Below the pieces are notes generated by a model, which worked only from the letters and a program-made list of their open reading frames with translations, was not told the origin of the DNA and ran no database searches. A stretch of 64,000 nt of DNA, from NCBI GenBank assembly GCA_963796275.1, contig CAWCKY010000007.1, positions 352,001 through 416,000 on the forward strand, given 5' to 3'. Within the stretch, counting starts at the first letter, position 1. Each line of letters starts with the position of its first letter. Source of the DNA: an uncultured Acidobacteriota bacterium. Its GTDB lineage: Bacteria > Acidobacteriota > Blastocatellia > RBC074. This document shows positions 42,429-53,687 of this stretch, piece after piece. The position numbers were made by a program, and so were the translations under genes.

Positions 42429-43907
42429 ATGCGGGTGTATTTAATCGGCCTGTTGACGCTATCGGCGGTGTGCTGTTTTCATATCCTGGCTCAGCCGGAG
42501 ACTCTGAATAAGCTCAACTCCGACAGTGTGGATGCATTTCTGCGGGGTCAAATGCAGAAACGCCGGATACCGGGGCTTCAGTTAGCTGTCGTCCGGCATG
42601 GGAAGATTGTCAAGCTCGGCGCATATGGCCTGGCCAATGTCCAGGACTCGATTTCAGTGACCGATCAGACCCGCTTTACGATTAACTCCATCACCAAGGC
42701 CTTTACTGGAGTCGCAATCATGCAATTGGTTGAGGCCGGAAGACTGGACCTCGAGGCACCGGTGTCGCGCTATCTCGATGTCCTGCCTGCTGCATGGCAA
42801 ACCGTATCGATAAGGCAATTACTTACCCACACCTCGGGTCTCCCCAGTGGCGACAATGAGAAGGACGGATACGAGGCATTCTGGGCGAAGTTGCAGACCC
42901 TGCCGATTGAGTTTGCGCCGGGGGAACAATTTAGATATAACTCGACCAACTATTTCTTGTTGGGGCGGATAATCGACAAACTCAGTGGACAACCCTTCAC
43001 CCAATTCATTACGGAGCGGCAGCTGCGCCTTGCAGGGATGCCGCTGACCGTGTTCGGCGATTTTCACGATATAGTGCGGAAGAGCGCGCGCGGGTACACT
43101 TTTTTACGAAATGTTGGCGGAGCGCTACGCAGCACAGATGAGCTCAGCAACGTTTTTGAGGAGTTTCCACCGTTTATGCGAACATCGGCTGGAATGATCG
43201 CAACGGCGGAGGAGATGGCGCGCTGGATCATAGCATTGCAGGGGAACAGACTTCTTAAAGAGAAGACCAGCCTCGCGATGCTCTGGACGCCGGGGAAACT
43301 CAACGATGGGTCATCACCTCGATGGTACCGGCTTCTCAACGGGTATGCCCTCGGCTGGCCAATGGTGATACGCGCCGAACATCGTGCAGTAGCTGCGGTC
43401 GGCGGAATACGCTCTGCGATTTTCATCTATCCCGATGATGATCTGGCGGTCGTGATTCTTACCAACCTGCAGGGAGCCTTTCCTGAGTCATTCATTGATG
43501 AAGTTGCAGCATACTACATTCCGGATATGCGCGCGTCCACTGGGTTTGGGTTGCCCTTATCAGTCAAGGTGATCCACGCTGAACTAGTTAAACGAGGCTT
43601 TGAACAGGCATCCGAAGCGGTCAATGAAGCGAAAAAGAAAGACGCAGCGTTCCAGCTTCCTGAAGCGGACGTGAATGCATGGGGATACCGCTTATTGGAA
43701 CGAGTGCAAACGAAAGAGGCCATTGTAGTCTTCAATCTGAACGTCAGCCTCTATCCTGAAAGTTCGAATACCTACGACAGCTTGGCCGATGGTTACTTAG
43801 CTTCCGGCAATAAGGCGCTTGCTATCGAGAACTACAAACGTTCCCTCGAGTTGAATCCGCAGAACACTCATGCTGTAGAGCTCTTAAAGGAACTTGAGCG
43901 CAAATGA
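42429..43907 (+). CDS. Serine hydrolase (class C beta-lactamase-like) with C-terminal TPR
   Basis: SITK (SxxK), LLTHTSG, FRYNSTNY; TPR NTYDSLADGY. Confidence 0.9.
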   Translation: MRVYLIGLLTLSAVCCFHILAQPETLNKLNSDSVDAFLRGQMQKRRIPGLQLAVVRHGKIVKLGAYGLANVQDSISVTDQTRFTINSITKAFTGVAIMQLVEAGRLDLEAPVSRYLDVLPAAWQTVSIRQLLTHTSGLPSGDNEKDGYEAFWAKLQTLPIEFAPGEQFRYNSTNYFLLGRIIDKLSGQPFTQFITERQLRLAGMPLTVFGDFHDIVRKSARGYTFLRNVGGALRSTDELSNVFEEFPPFMRTSAGMIATAEEMARWIIALQGNRLLKEKTSLAMLWTPGKLNDGSSPRWYRLLNGYALGWPMVIRAEHRAVAAVGGIRSAIFIYPDDDLAVVILTNLQGAFPESFIDEVAAYYIPDMRASTGFGLPLSVKVIHAELVKRGFEQASEAVNEAKKKDAAFQLPEADVNAWGYRLLERVQTKEAIVVFNLNVSLYPESSNTYDSLADGYLASGNKALAIENYKRSLELNPQNTHAVELLKELERK

Positions 43908-43966
43908 GCCAGGCAGGGTTACGGCTTTTACATTGCCCACTAACAGACGGCCAAACGTAAACAAGC

Positions 43967-44160
43967 TCACCCTTCTCCGGCGTCCTGTTCTGAAACACAG
44001 GCTTCATTAATTCCACCACAGATCGGATAAACTACCTGCATCGGACTCTCCTTTCGGTCGGGCGGGACAGTCTTCAAGTTATGAAGAATCTGCCTTGGTT
44101 GCTCCCGCACATGCGCGGCCAGATGAGGTGGTGCTAGGCGAGGATATCTGATCGGACTCC
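43967..44160 (-). mobile_element. Possible IS110-family remnant (upstream non-coding end plus first codons of the transposase)
   Basis: GAAAGGAG RBS then ATG at 44041 giving MQVVYPICGGI...ACV, similar to IS110 N-termini of the MxVVYxxCxG(I/L)DVH type; then degenerate. Confidence 0.4.
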
Positions 44161-44253
44161 CTATTTCATCGCCTACCTGTGGACAATACAATGGAAGCAG
44201 GGTATCTTCTTTGTAATGTCCAATGGAACATACGAAAGAGGCTGGAGGTAGCG

Positions 44254-46863
44254 ATGATTCAATATTTGCGCGCCTTGGTGGCGAAATTTCGCAGATCATT
44301 GGGAGATCGAAGAGCAGAGCGAGAGCTCGACGACGAGATCGAATTGCATTTGCGCCTGCTGGCCGAGCGGCATGTTCGCCTGGGGATGACCGAGGCCGAG
44401 GCAGCTATTGCCGCACGCCGCCAGTTCGGTAACATCACAATGTTGCAGGAGGCCGGTCGCGAGATGCGTGGAATAAGTTTGATCGAGACGCTCTTTCAGG
44501 ATATGCGGTACGCCCTGTGGATGCTGAGGAGAAATCCGGGCTTCACTTTTGTCGCCGTTCTCACGTTGGCGCTTGGCATCGGCGCCAACAGCGCGATCTT
44601 CAGCGTTGTGAATGCGGTGTTGCTCAAGCCTCTGCCTTACTATGATCCGCAGCAACTGGTCTTCGTCGCAAAAGCATACAAGGGAGAGGAGCGACCCGAC
44701 GCCGACGATTATCTTCGCTGGCAGGCGGAGTCTAAGGTTTTTGACCATCTGGCCGCGGTCGCATCGTGGCGCATATATATGACTGGACTAGGCAAACCGG
44801 AGCGGCTCGATTCCGTTAGAGTCACAGCCAGCTTGTTCCCAGCGCTTGGCGTCGCACCTCAGTTGGGGCGGGCGTTTACCCCGGAAGAGGATCGACCAGG
44901 AGGCGCTCGCGTGGCGATCCTGAGTCACGCTCTCTGGAAGCGACGCTTCGGCGGTGATCCGGCTATCATCGGCCGATCGTTGACGCTCGACAGAGAAAGC
45001 CGGCAGGTTATCGGCGTGATGCCGCCCGGTTTCAAGTTCATTCACACTGCTGATGTGTGGCTGCCGCTTGCGCTCAATGAAAAGAGCAATATCCACATCA
45101 ATAACGTAGTTGGTCGGCTTAAGCCCGGGGTTTCCATCGAGCAGGCGCGGTTGGATTTGGACTCTATTTTGCAGCGCCTCAAACAAACCAATGCGGAATT
45201 GACCGATTCGGAAGACCTTACCGGCGTGCAGTTCAGAGTGACCCCGATGGGCGAAAGGCTGGTCGGCCATATGCAGCGCGGATTGCTGGTGCTTTTCGGT
45301 GCAGTGGCGTTTGTATTGCTTATCGCTTGCGCCAATGTAGCGAATCTGATGTTGGCGCGCGCACGCGTACGACAAAAAGAGATGGCGATTCGTGCCGCGA
45401 TAGGCGCAAGCCGTGGACGGCTGATGAGGCAGATGCTGACTGAGAGCATGTTGCTGGCTCTCGTCGGTGGCATGACCGGATTGTTGCTGGCGCTCCTGTG
45501 CATCAAAGCTCTGGTCGCGTTCGCTCCCGATGACCTGGCTCAAGTCAGAGAGAGCAGCATTGATGGCGCGGTTCTCAGCTTCACCTTCCTCGCTTCGCTA
45601 CTGACCGGCGTCGTGGCGGGCGTCATCCCCGCGCTGCACGCATCGCGGATCGATCTCAACGAGAGCTTGAAAGAAGGCGCTCGCAACGCTGCATTCTCAA
45701 AGCGCGGGAGCGCGCAGCGAGTTGCGCCGGCTTTGGTAATCGGCGAGTTGGCGTTGACGCTGGCTCTGCTTGCCGGCGCAGGTTTGTTGATCAAGAGCTT
45801 CCTGCGAGTGCGCGCGGTCGAACCTGGTTACCAGCCGGAGAATTTGCTGACGATGATGATACCGCTCAACTTCGCCAAATATCCGCAAGGATCAACGCAA
45901 CAGAGGTTCTTCTACCAGGATCTGCTCGCACGCATCAAGAGCCTACCCGGCGTGAAGGATGCGGCGATCGGGCCTCTTCCACTGACCGGTCTGAGGAGGA
46001 TCGTCCGCCGCCCGCCTGAACCCAATTCGCAGAAACGTTCGATCGAGCGGAACGACGTCAGCCCTGAATATTTTCAGACAATGGGGATACAGTTGCGCGC
46101 GGGTCGCAATTTAACGGAACGTGACAACAAGAATACGCAGACCGTCCTTATCGTTAACGAAACACTGGCTCGTTACCACTTCCCGGGGGAAGACCCAATT
46201 GGCAAACCTCTCCATAATATGGGGACCATCGTCGGCGTTGTGGCTGACGTGAAACGCTTCGGGTTGGAAGCTGAAACGCAATCGGAATGTTATCACTCAT
46301 ACCTCCAGTGTGAAAAAATGTATGAGGAACAGGAGCTGGTAGTACGCACAGCGGGCGATCCCCTGAAATGGGCGTCTGCCGTGCGCCAGCAGGTCTGGGC
46401 GATCGATGCAGACCAGCCCGTTGAGAGCATGATGTCGATGGAGCAGCGCCTGGCCGAATCTGTTGCGCCGCGGCGTTTTCAGATGCTGCTCTTCGGGACC
46501 TTCGCCGCCCTGGCGCTCGTCATCGCGACGGTCGGAATTTATGGCGTCATCTCGTACGCCGTCAGCCAAAGAACCCATGAGCTCGGCATTCGGATGGCTC
46601 TGGGCGCGCAGGCTGGCGATGTGCTGCGGATGGTGGTATGGCGGGGAATACGATTGGCGTTGATCGGCGTGGCGCTGGGATTGGCGGCGGCGCTCGCGCT
46701 AACTCGGGTCATGGAAAATCTGCTCTTCCGAGTGAGCGCGACCGATCCGGCAACCTTCGCCTTCATCGCACTGCTACTGGTCGGTATCGTGCTTATCGCG
46801 AGCTACATCCCCGCACGGCGCGCGACGAAGGTCGACCCGCTACAGGCTCTTCGCCACGAATGA
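44254..46863 (+). CDS. ADOP-family duplicated ABC permease (MacB/FtsX-like)
   Basis: [58 protein letters not shown]. Confidence 0.92.
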   Translation: MIQYLRALVAKFRRSLGDRRAERELDDEIELHLRLLAERHVRLGMTEAEAAIAARRQFGNITMLQEAGREMRGISLIETLFQDMRYALWMLRRNPGFTFVAVLTLALGIGANSAIFSVVNAVLLKPLPYYDPQQLVFVAKAYKGEERPDADDYLRWQAESKVFDHLAAVASWRIYMTGLGKPERLDSVRVTASLFPALGVAPQLGRAFTPEEDRPGGARVAILSHALWKRRFGGDPAIIGRSLTLDRESRQVIGVMPPGFKFIHTADVWLPLALNEKSNIHINNVVGRLKPGVSIEQARLDLDSILQRLKQTNAELTDSEDLTGVQFRVTPMGERLVGHMQRGLLVLFGAVAFVLLIACANVANLMLARARVRQKEMAIRAAIGASRGRLMRQMLTESMLLALVGGMTGLLLALLCIKALVAFAPDDLAQVRESSIDGAVLSFTFLASLLTGVVAGVIPALHASRIDLNESLKEGARNAAFSKRGSAQRVAPALVIGELALTLALLAGAGLLIKSFLRVRAVEPGYQPENLLTMMIPLNFAKYPQGSTQQRFFYQDLLARIKSLPGVKDAAIGPLPLTGLRRIVRRPPEPNSQKRSIERNDVSPEYFQTMGIQLRAGRNLTERDNKNTQTVLIVNETLARYHFPGEDPIGKPLHNMGTIVGVVADVKRFGLEAETQSECYHSYLQCEKMYEEQELVVRTAGDPLKWASAVRQQVWAIDADQPVESMMSMEQRLAESVAPRRFQMLLFGTFAALALVIATVGIYGVISYAVSQRTHELGIRMALGAQAGDVLRMVVWRGIRLALIGVALGLAAALALTRVMENLLFRVSATDPATFAFIALLLVGIVLIASYIPARRATKVDPLQALRHE

Positions 46864-46980
46864 TTAACCCAACGGCTTTACTTTGCCGACTGACAGACGC
46901 CCGCACGGGGGCTTCCAGCGTGAAGAGTATTGCCGCTGGTGTTTGCGAGATGCCTAACCCACACAATCCAACAGGATCAG

Positions 46981-47015
46981 GAAAACTAAACTAAAAACTA
47001 AAAAACTGAAAACTT
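46981..47015. repeat. Short (CTAAAAA/CTGAAAA)n heptamer tract
   Basis: gaaaactaaactaaaaactaaaaaactgaaaact; same unit as the 7293 element. Confidence 0.6.
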
Positions 47016-48255
47016 AAAATATTCCCCCGCGTTCGGCGATCAGACGCATCGCGGGCCTACTCACGAACTCCTGTTCGTGAAACTGCTCGCCCCATGCCAA
47101 CGGCGTGACGTCGTGGAATTCGTGCATCGCCTCGTCCCCGACGAACCGCATGAGCTTCCGCAGCGACGCGCGAACGTTCGGATCGGCTCCGTGGTCCAAC
47201 AGCAGCCGGGCGAAGTCGTCGTGATTCCGCAGGCGGATGGGTTGCGCCACCACACACCCGAAGAGCGCGGTGTGACCGCCGAATCCCTCCGCATCGACCG
47301 CGGCTTTCGCGTTCACGTCCATTCCGCGCTCGATCAGCCACCGTGCGATCTCCATTTCATCATTGTCGACGCACAGGTGTAGCAGCGTTGCGCCCGCCAG
47401 CGGAGTGGTGTGCAGCGCCAGCGTTTCGTCGGTGTGGCAACCCAGCTCGGGCGGATAGATATCCTGATGTGAAAAGGTCCGGGCGAGCAGACCGGAATCG
47501 AGCTGCAGATGCTTCTCGAGTAAATCGATCCGGCCTCGGTGTACTGCCATTGGCGGCGTGTCCGGCATCTCGATGCCGTGCTGAGCGAAGAGCTCAAGGC
47601 ACCAGTGCTTTCCTTCCGGGTTGCGGCAATATGTTTCGAGCACCATAGCTACGGGCGCACGCCGATCTCCCAGCCCGTCGCTGATCTCCGCTCCCAGCTC
47701 GAGTAGAAGCGCCAGCCCTGAACCGCTCTGCGTTTCAGCCGGACCCATCACCGAATCGAGAACGGGACGGGCTCCCATCTCATGCAACTGGCGGGCGGTG
47801 TCGAGCTTACCCTGCAGGCAAGCACGGTCGAATGCGAACTGTAAATCTTCCGCGCCCAGGTCGCGCAGCAGCGCGATGATCCGGTCGCGCCCCAGATTGG
47901 CGGCATACGACATCGGTGGCCCCCAGTTACCCTTCACGCCACGCGCATCTTCGTGCAGCAGCCGAGGATGCTTTAATACCAGTTCGCGGACGGTGTCGGC
48001 GTCATCGCGCCAGATCGCGTCGGTCATTCGGCAGGCGAGCACGAGGCGCGGCCAGCTCGGCAGGCCGTAGCTGCGTGCGAGCGCCAGCTGCGCATCGGCG
48101 AGCTTTGCAGCGACCGGGTCTTTTTTCTTGGGATGATTTTTTTGCAATTCTGCGGTCGCAGCAGGATCACCCCGCCTGATACCGCGGAGCAGGTCTTTAG
48201 CCTGTTGCTTGAGTTGATCGAGGTTGGGACGGACGGGAAAGTGACGATCGGCCAT
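47014..48255 (-). CDS. Ankyrin-repeat protein with N-terminal PNLxQLKxQAKxLL domain
   Basis: PNLDQLKQQAKDLL...AQLALARSYGLPSWPRL; ankyrin motifs GATLLH, GHTALF, ARLLLDHGADPN. Confidence 0.88.
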   Translation of the reverse strand: MADRHFPVRPNLDQLKQQAKDLLRGIRRGDPAATAELQKNHPKKKDPVAAKLADAQLALARSYGLPSWPRLVLACRMTDAIWRDDADTVRELVLKHPRLLHEDARGVKGNWGPPMSYAANLGRDRIIALLRDLGAEDLQFAFDRACLQGKLDTARQLHEMGARPVLDSVMGPAETQSGSGLALLLELGAEISDGLGDRRAPVAMVLETYCRNPEGKHWCLELFAQHGIEMPDTPPMAVHRGRIDLLEKHLQLDSGLLARTFSHQDIYPPELGCHTDETLALHTTPLAGATLLHLCVDNDEMEIARWLIERGMDVNAKAAVDAEGFGGHTALFGCVVAQPIRLRNHDDFARLLLDHGADPNVRASLRKLMRFVGDEAMHEFHDVTPLAWGEQFHEQEFVSRPAMRLIAERGGIF

Positions 48256-48390
48256 GACGGACCTCCTTCGCGGTCAAGCCCGGGTCCGCTGGCATCGGGC
48301 GAAAAGGAGGTTCGCGTGAACCATGCATCGGAAATGTCGATCAGGTGGACTCGGTCCTCTCCGCGGACTGGTGGCGTCCTGCACGCCCAG
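48256..48390 (-). ncRNA. Candidate structured cis-regulatory 5' leader of the ankyrin gene
   Basis: Several stems, including ACCUCCUU pairing with the AAGGAGGU RBS, GGCGU/ACGCC, GUCCGC/GCGGAC, GCCCG/CGGGC and GGUUC/GAACC. Confidence 0.55.
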
Positions 48391-48395
48391 GCAGC

Positions 48396-48424
48396 AGAAT
48401 ACTTTCGTCTATCTCGAGGGTCAA
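48396..48424 (-). promoter_or_regulatory. sigma70-type promoter for the ankyrin gene
   Basis: TTGACC-N17-TATTCT on the minus strand. Confidence 0.65.
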
Positions 48425-48789
48425 GATCAATAGGCCATATTCTCCGCTAACTGTTAATTCTGACAGTTTCAGCCGATTCTTACCGGAAGTAGACTCTTAA
48501 GTGAAATCTGTTTATGCGTTGGTTAATCAAACGGGGAGCGGAGAAAAGTCCTTGAAGCGGAATTGGGCGTATACCCGTACGGGCGCGTACATTGTCAGCA
48601 ATTGGATTTCAGCTATTGATATGCGATGGCTTCGAAAGCGCGGTTGCCAATTGCAAAGATGAGAGAGGCGCCTGCTCAGGGAATATGAATTCGGGTTAGC
48701 TTCTCCGCTTCCGTGCATTGAAGAGGCGAAGCGCGCCCTCTTGCTTCTCGTGGCTTTGATAAATGCCTACTTCCAAGGAGAGATGAATA

Positions 48790-49545
48790 TTGAGTTCACT
48801 GGCTATGAGTGGGATCGTATTCGGGTGCGTCTTCGGAGGTGCGGTATTAGGAATGTTGCTCCGCAAAGTTATTCCCGAGCATCACCTGAGCACAGAATCG
48901 AAGGATATCGTGAAGCTGTCGATGGGATTGGTCGGGACGATGGCCGCACTTGTCATCGGTCTCCTAACCGCTTCGGCAAAAGGTTCTTACGAAGCACAGA
49001 GGGCGGAATTTATACAGATGTCGGCCGAAATCATCTTGCTCGACCGCGCCCTGGCAAATTATGGACCGGAGACAAAAGATGCGCGTGATCTACTCCGTAG
49101 CCAGGTCATCAAAGTGCTTGACCGGATTGAACCCAAGAAAGGTTATCGATCTCCTCGGTCGGAACAGCTGCCCGGAGGCGAAATACTCTATGACAATATC
49201 CAGAAACTCTCACCTCTGAACGAAGAGCAGCGCGACCTTCGGGCTAGTGCGCTCAGAATCATCGTTGACATCGCACGAACACGCTGGTTGTTGTTCGCGC
49301 AGCATCTGGACAGGTCGCTTCCAATGCCATTTCTCGTGGTGCTGGTTTTCTGGCTGGCCATCATACTGGGCAGCTTCGGGCTTTTTGCGCCGGGTAATAC
49401 AACTGTTATCGCTGCATTATTTATTTGTGCCCTGTCGGTTTCGGGCGCCATCTTCTTAATCTTGGAATTAGATAGTCCATTCGAGGGGGTGGTTCATTTC
49501 AGCACTGCTCCACTGCGCAACGCCCTTGCGATTCTCGGGAATTAG
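48790..49545 (+). CDS. DUF4239 / bestrophin-like membrane protein
   Basis: GTMAALVIGLLTASAK, LDRALANYGPE, AIFLILELDSPFEG. Confidence 0.75.
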   Translation: MSSLAMSGIVFGCVFGGAVLGMLLRKVIPEHHLSTESKDIVKLSMGLVGTMAALVIGLLTASAKGSYEAQRAEFIQMSAEIILLDRALANYGPETKDARDLLRSQVIKVLDRIEPKKGYRSPRSEQLPGGEILYDNIQKLSPLNEEQRDLRASALRIIVDIARTRWLLFAQHLDRSLPMPFLVVLVFWLAIILGSFGLFAPGNTTVIAALFICALSVSGAIFLILELDSPFEGVVHFSTAPLRNALAILGN

Positions 49546-49625
49546 CGGATGGCGAACAACATCCGCGCGCCGTAACGCAGGCCTTTGAATGCTGTCTGAT
49601 AAGTCCTCCGATTTGGCGGCTGCCT

Positions 49626-49660
49626 ATGGAGTGCGGTAGCTTGCTTGCTACCGCTTTGGT
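49626..49660. repeat. Short REP-like hairpin (TGGAGTGCGG..GCTTT type)
   Basis: tggagtgcggtagcttgcttgctaccgctttgg. Confidence 0.5.
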
Positions 49661-49795
49661 AGTCCTTTGCGCTGCAATTGGCATCGAGTCAGCATGGCCG
49701 AGTAAGGTGCGCTCTCTGATCGTTTCGTCCTCCCACATAATACCGACTCACTAACAGTCCGAGGAAGAGAAAATCAATAAAATAAGCCTGCCATC

Positions 49796-49844
49796 TTGAC
49801 TCGACTATATACCCATATAGAATCCTGACTAGATAGAATCCTAT
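49796..49844 (+). promoter_or_regulatory. sigma70-type promoter with overlapping candidate PadR operators
   Basis: TTGACT-N16-TAGAAT; repeated atagaatcct and palindrome ATAG-aatc-CTAT. Confidence 0.55.
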
Positions 49845-49864
49845 CAAATGATGTTCATAAGGAG

Positions 49865-50197
49865 GTGCCAATGGGGAAGGGGTTTCTCACCTATTCGACG
49901 GCGGTCATCCTGCAGGCTGTGTCAAACGGTTACCTGTACGGGTTCGACATTATCGATATCACGGGGTTGCCGGGCGGGACGGTCTACCCGGCGCTGCGGC
50001 GGTTGGAGGACGCGGGGTATCTCTCTTCGAAGTGGGAGGACCAGCGTATTGCGCAGGCGGAGCCGCGACCGCCGCGCAAGTATTACGAGCTGACGCGCGA
50101 TGGGCGTGAAGCATTGGCCGAAGCGGTCAAACGCTACCGGCAGTTGGAGCAGGTGCAACTGAGGAAAGATCGCGAAGGGAAACCCTCGCGCGCGTGA
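49865..50197 (+). CDS. PadR-family transcriptional regulator
   Basis: [25 protein letters not shown]. Confidence 0.93.
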   Translation: MPMGKGFLTYSTAVILQAVSNGYLYGFDIIDITGLPGGTVYPALRRLEDAGYLSSKWEDQRIAQAEPRPPRKYYELTRDGREALAEAVKRYRQLEQVQLRKDREGKPSRA

Positions 50198-50414
50198 GGC
50201 CAAGATCGTGGGTATGTTAACTCGTTGCAAACGACTATTGGCCAATATCACAAGGGGCGATCTAGCTGGTGTTGTTCGTTAGCGCATGCCTCTATAAATC
50301 GTCACATCCGGTTTTGGGATTCGGCTTTCCCAGAAACGCACACCCGAAAGGGATCGCCATCGCCCGACACGCAATTTAAATCACTTGATCCCAACAGTTA
50401 GTTCCAAACCTCAG

Positions 50415-50430
50415 CGGCACGGCGTTTGAT
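50415..50430 (+). promoter_or_regulatory. Candidate sigma54 (-24/-12) promoter
   Basis: CGGCAC-ggcgt-TTGAT, a variant -12 box; AT-rich IHF-like tract taaatcacttga upstream. Confidence 0.45.
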
Positions 50431-50518
50431 TATTCAATTTTCCAGTAGATATCTCGCAGTATCCGATCATCGCTCGATTCAGTCACAAAAGGAGTCCTTG
50501 GAGGAATTTGGAGGAATT

Positions 50519-52970
<2,452 letters not shown>

Positions 52971-52971
52971 C

Positions 52972-53035
52972 GAAATTTGAGATTTGAGTTTTGAGAGATT
53001 GATTTCGTCCTTCTCAAATCGAGTATCTCAATTTT
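52972..53035. repeat. Degenerate palindrome with (TTTGAGA)n heptamer arms
   Basis: aaatttgagatttgagttttgagaga ... tctcaaatcgagtatctcaatttt. Confidence 0.55.
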
Positions 53036-53039
53036 CAAC

Positions 53040-53164
53040 GCGACTGATCCGCTGAGGTTTGCAGTGATAGCGTTCCTGCTTGCCGTTGTAGCCTTGCTGG
53101 CCTGCTGGATTCCAGCGTGACTTGCGACGAAAGTTGAACGATAGCCGCTCTACACCGCGACTGA
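53040..53164 (+). pseudogene. Decayed C-terminal fragment of an ADOP permease
   Basis: [32 protein letters not shown]...ALHRD*. Confidence 0.75.
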
Positions 53165-53295
53165 CTTTGTATGAGACAGTTATCTATTTGACTGTCACAT
53201 AAAATGTCACCACGGGTGTCAGAGCGGCAATCTCAGAAACGCGCCCTGTTGACTTAAATGTGTGTAAAGGTGTGGTCTCCGCGCCCCGGATCAAA

Positions 53296-53311
53296 TGGAA
53301 CACAAATTGCT
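53296..53311 (+). promoter_or_regulatory. sigma54 (-24/-12) promoter
   Basis: TGGAAC-acaaa-TTGCT with exact GG-N10-GC spacing; repeated TGTCA boxes 80-130 bp upstream. Confidence 0.65.
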
Positions 53312-53377
53312 TACTCAATTTCGATTCTAAACTCCCTAGAAAATTGATTGAGGTTGTTTCACTTTTCCTCTCATTTT

Positions 53378-53607
53378 ACCGGACTTTCCCGCAGGGTGCA
53401 TAGGTCAGCCGTTTGGTGATTGGTGATATCAGGGAAGGTGACTTCGAATTCGCTTTAGCGTCCTTACAGCCTTGGCTTCAGCTGCCAATCGTCAGGCGAT
53501 GGCTCAAGCCACGTAAACAAGCCAGTAACGGCTGGCTTGAATGCGTATCTCGAAATGCAAAGGGTTGGTTAAACGGCTGATCTCTGAGCCCTGCAGGAAA
53601 GTCCGGT
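53378..53607 (+). ncRNA. Candidate structured non-coding RNA (or MITE) closed by a 37-bp imperfect inverted repeat
   Basis: accggactttcccgcagggtgcataggtcagccgttt / aaacggctgatctctgagccctgcaggaaagtccggt; internal hairpins; no ORF in the track. Confidence 0.5.
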
Positions 53608-53687
53608 GATTGTGTTTGATTGCTGAGGCGATTCAGGATGGTGCTGCTAGCGAATGATCGGCGTGAATAATCAGCATTCTACGTCTC

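Noticed and set aside
42429-43907. Bona fide beta-lactam resistance gene
   Set aside because: SxxK serine hydrolases with a TPR tail are a broad peptidase/esterase family; nothing specific supports beta-lactamase activity
53378-53607. Retron msr-msd suggested by the long terminal inverted repeat
   Set aside because: No reverse transcriptase ORF is adjacent or anywhere in the window
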